A stretch of DNA of 64,000 bases, taken from NCBI RefSeq assembly GCF_021028975.2, contig NC_059432.1, forward strand, positions 81,034,001 through 81,098,000, given 5' to 3'. Source of the stretch: Sphaerodactylus townsendi (Eukaryota). Shown piece after piece: positions 63,219 through 64,000 of the stretch; within the stretch, counting starts at the first letter, position 1, and each line of letters starts with the position of its first letter. The notes under the pieces were generated by a model. The model did not search any database. It was not told the DNA's origin and saw only the letters and a list, made by a program, of their open reading frames with translations. The position numbers and the translations under genes are program-made.

Positions 63219-64000
63219 AATGAAAAGTTAGTTACGTAACAAAAGCAAGTTAAAAATAAATACCTGAACAGAGTGAGAAATTTACCAGGTTGGTTAAATG
63301 TTTAGAATTCCAAAGGCTGAATCTGTTACCATGTATTTTGGAGAGATGCTTTGTAAAAATTCAAGTATTGTGGCAGTTTAGACCATGAAAGCAGTCTTTG
63401 CTTATTTTCCATTTCTTTGTTTTGTTTTCTTGGTGCTAGCTACTGTTTCAAAAGAACTTCAAGCCCTTTTTTACAATAATAAAATCACAGTTTAATTATT
63501 TACAATGTATGTAGTGCTAACTCCTCATTTATTTTTTAAAAGTTGCTAATTGGCAAAAATAAAGCCTCCTTAGAATACATCATGCACAATTAGTGTAACT
63601 GAATTATTTCTGTTGATTATCCATTTTTTAGTAAGTTAGGGTTTTTTTGTCATCCACATACGTGATACTTTCTTCTGAGACATTTTAGATTTCCAGCCAA
63701 TATCACATCCCAGGGAAGGGGTAAAATACTGATCTTGAAACAAGTATGTACAAAAGACAACAATTTCAGTAGTTTGCAAAAAAAATAATTTTTTTTCACC
63801 TCTGTGTGTCTGTTTTTATCCCATTCTGTCCTCCATGAAGTTCTTGTTGCTTGTGTAATAAAAATATCATAGGGCATAACCTGGGACCCAACATCACCTC
63901 TCAGAGGGACTGCCATGACTAAGGAGAAGGGGCTGCCATGGCACCCCTGAGGCTCCCCTTTCTAGCCCTGCAAGCTCCAGGGAGGCTAAACCTGGCTGCT

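Noticed and set aside
59868-64000. Terminal RHBDD1 exon with the VCP-binding motif (EEMRRxRLxRF-like)
   Set aside because: Not found by eye; it presumably lies beyond the window.

Overview
Vertebrate genomic DNA, most likely a squamate reptile and plausibly a gecko (inferred from the SINE, LINE and MITE content). Two genes lie head to head, as at human 2q36. IRS1 is on the minus strand as a single coding exon (18850-22437, 1195 aa) with a CpG-island promoter near 22.7-24.1 kb and a long 3' intron that appears to run off the left end. RHBDD1 (RHBDL4 rhomboid protease) is on the plus strand, with a CpG-island promoter and non-coding exon near 41 kb, four clear coding exons and a candidate 24-nt microexon; its last exon was not found in the window. 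The rest is intron or intergenic DNA rich in L2, L1, RTE and CR1 LINE fragments, tRNA- and 5S-derived SINEs and several MITE families. The most notable signals are: Penelope-type insertions carrying intact minimal hammerhead-ribozyme cores in a RHBDD1 intron; two nearly identical, fully palindromic 148-bp hAT MITEs carrying ZNF143-type motifs; a three-level nested element near 35-36 kb; and a stop/start-coupled uORF pair overlapping the IRS1 start codon. No clearly novel protein-coding system is supported. Repeat family names and comparisons to human genes are from recall, not from a database search.
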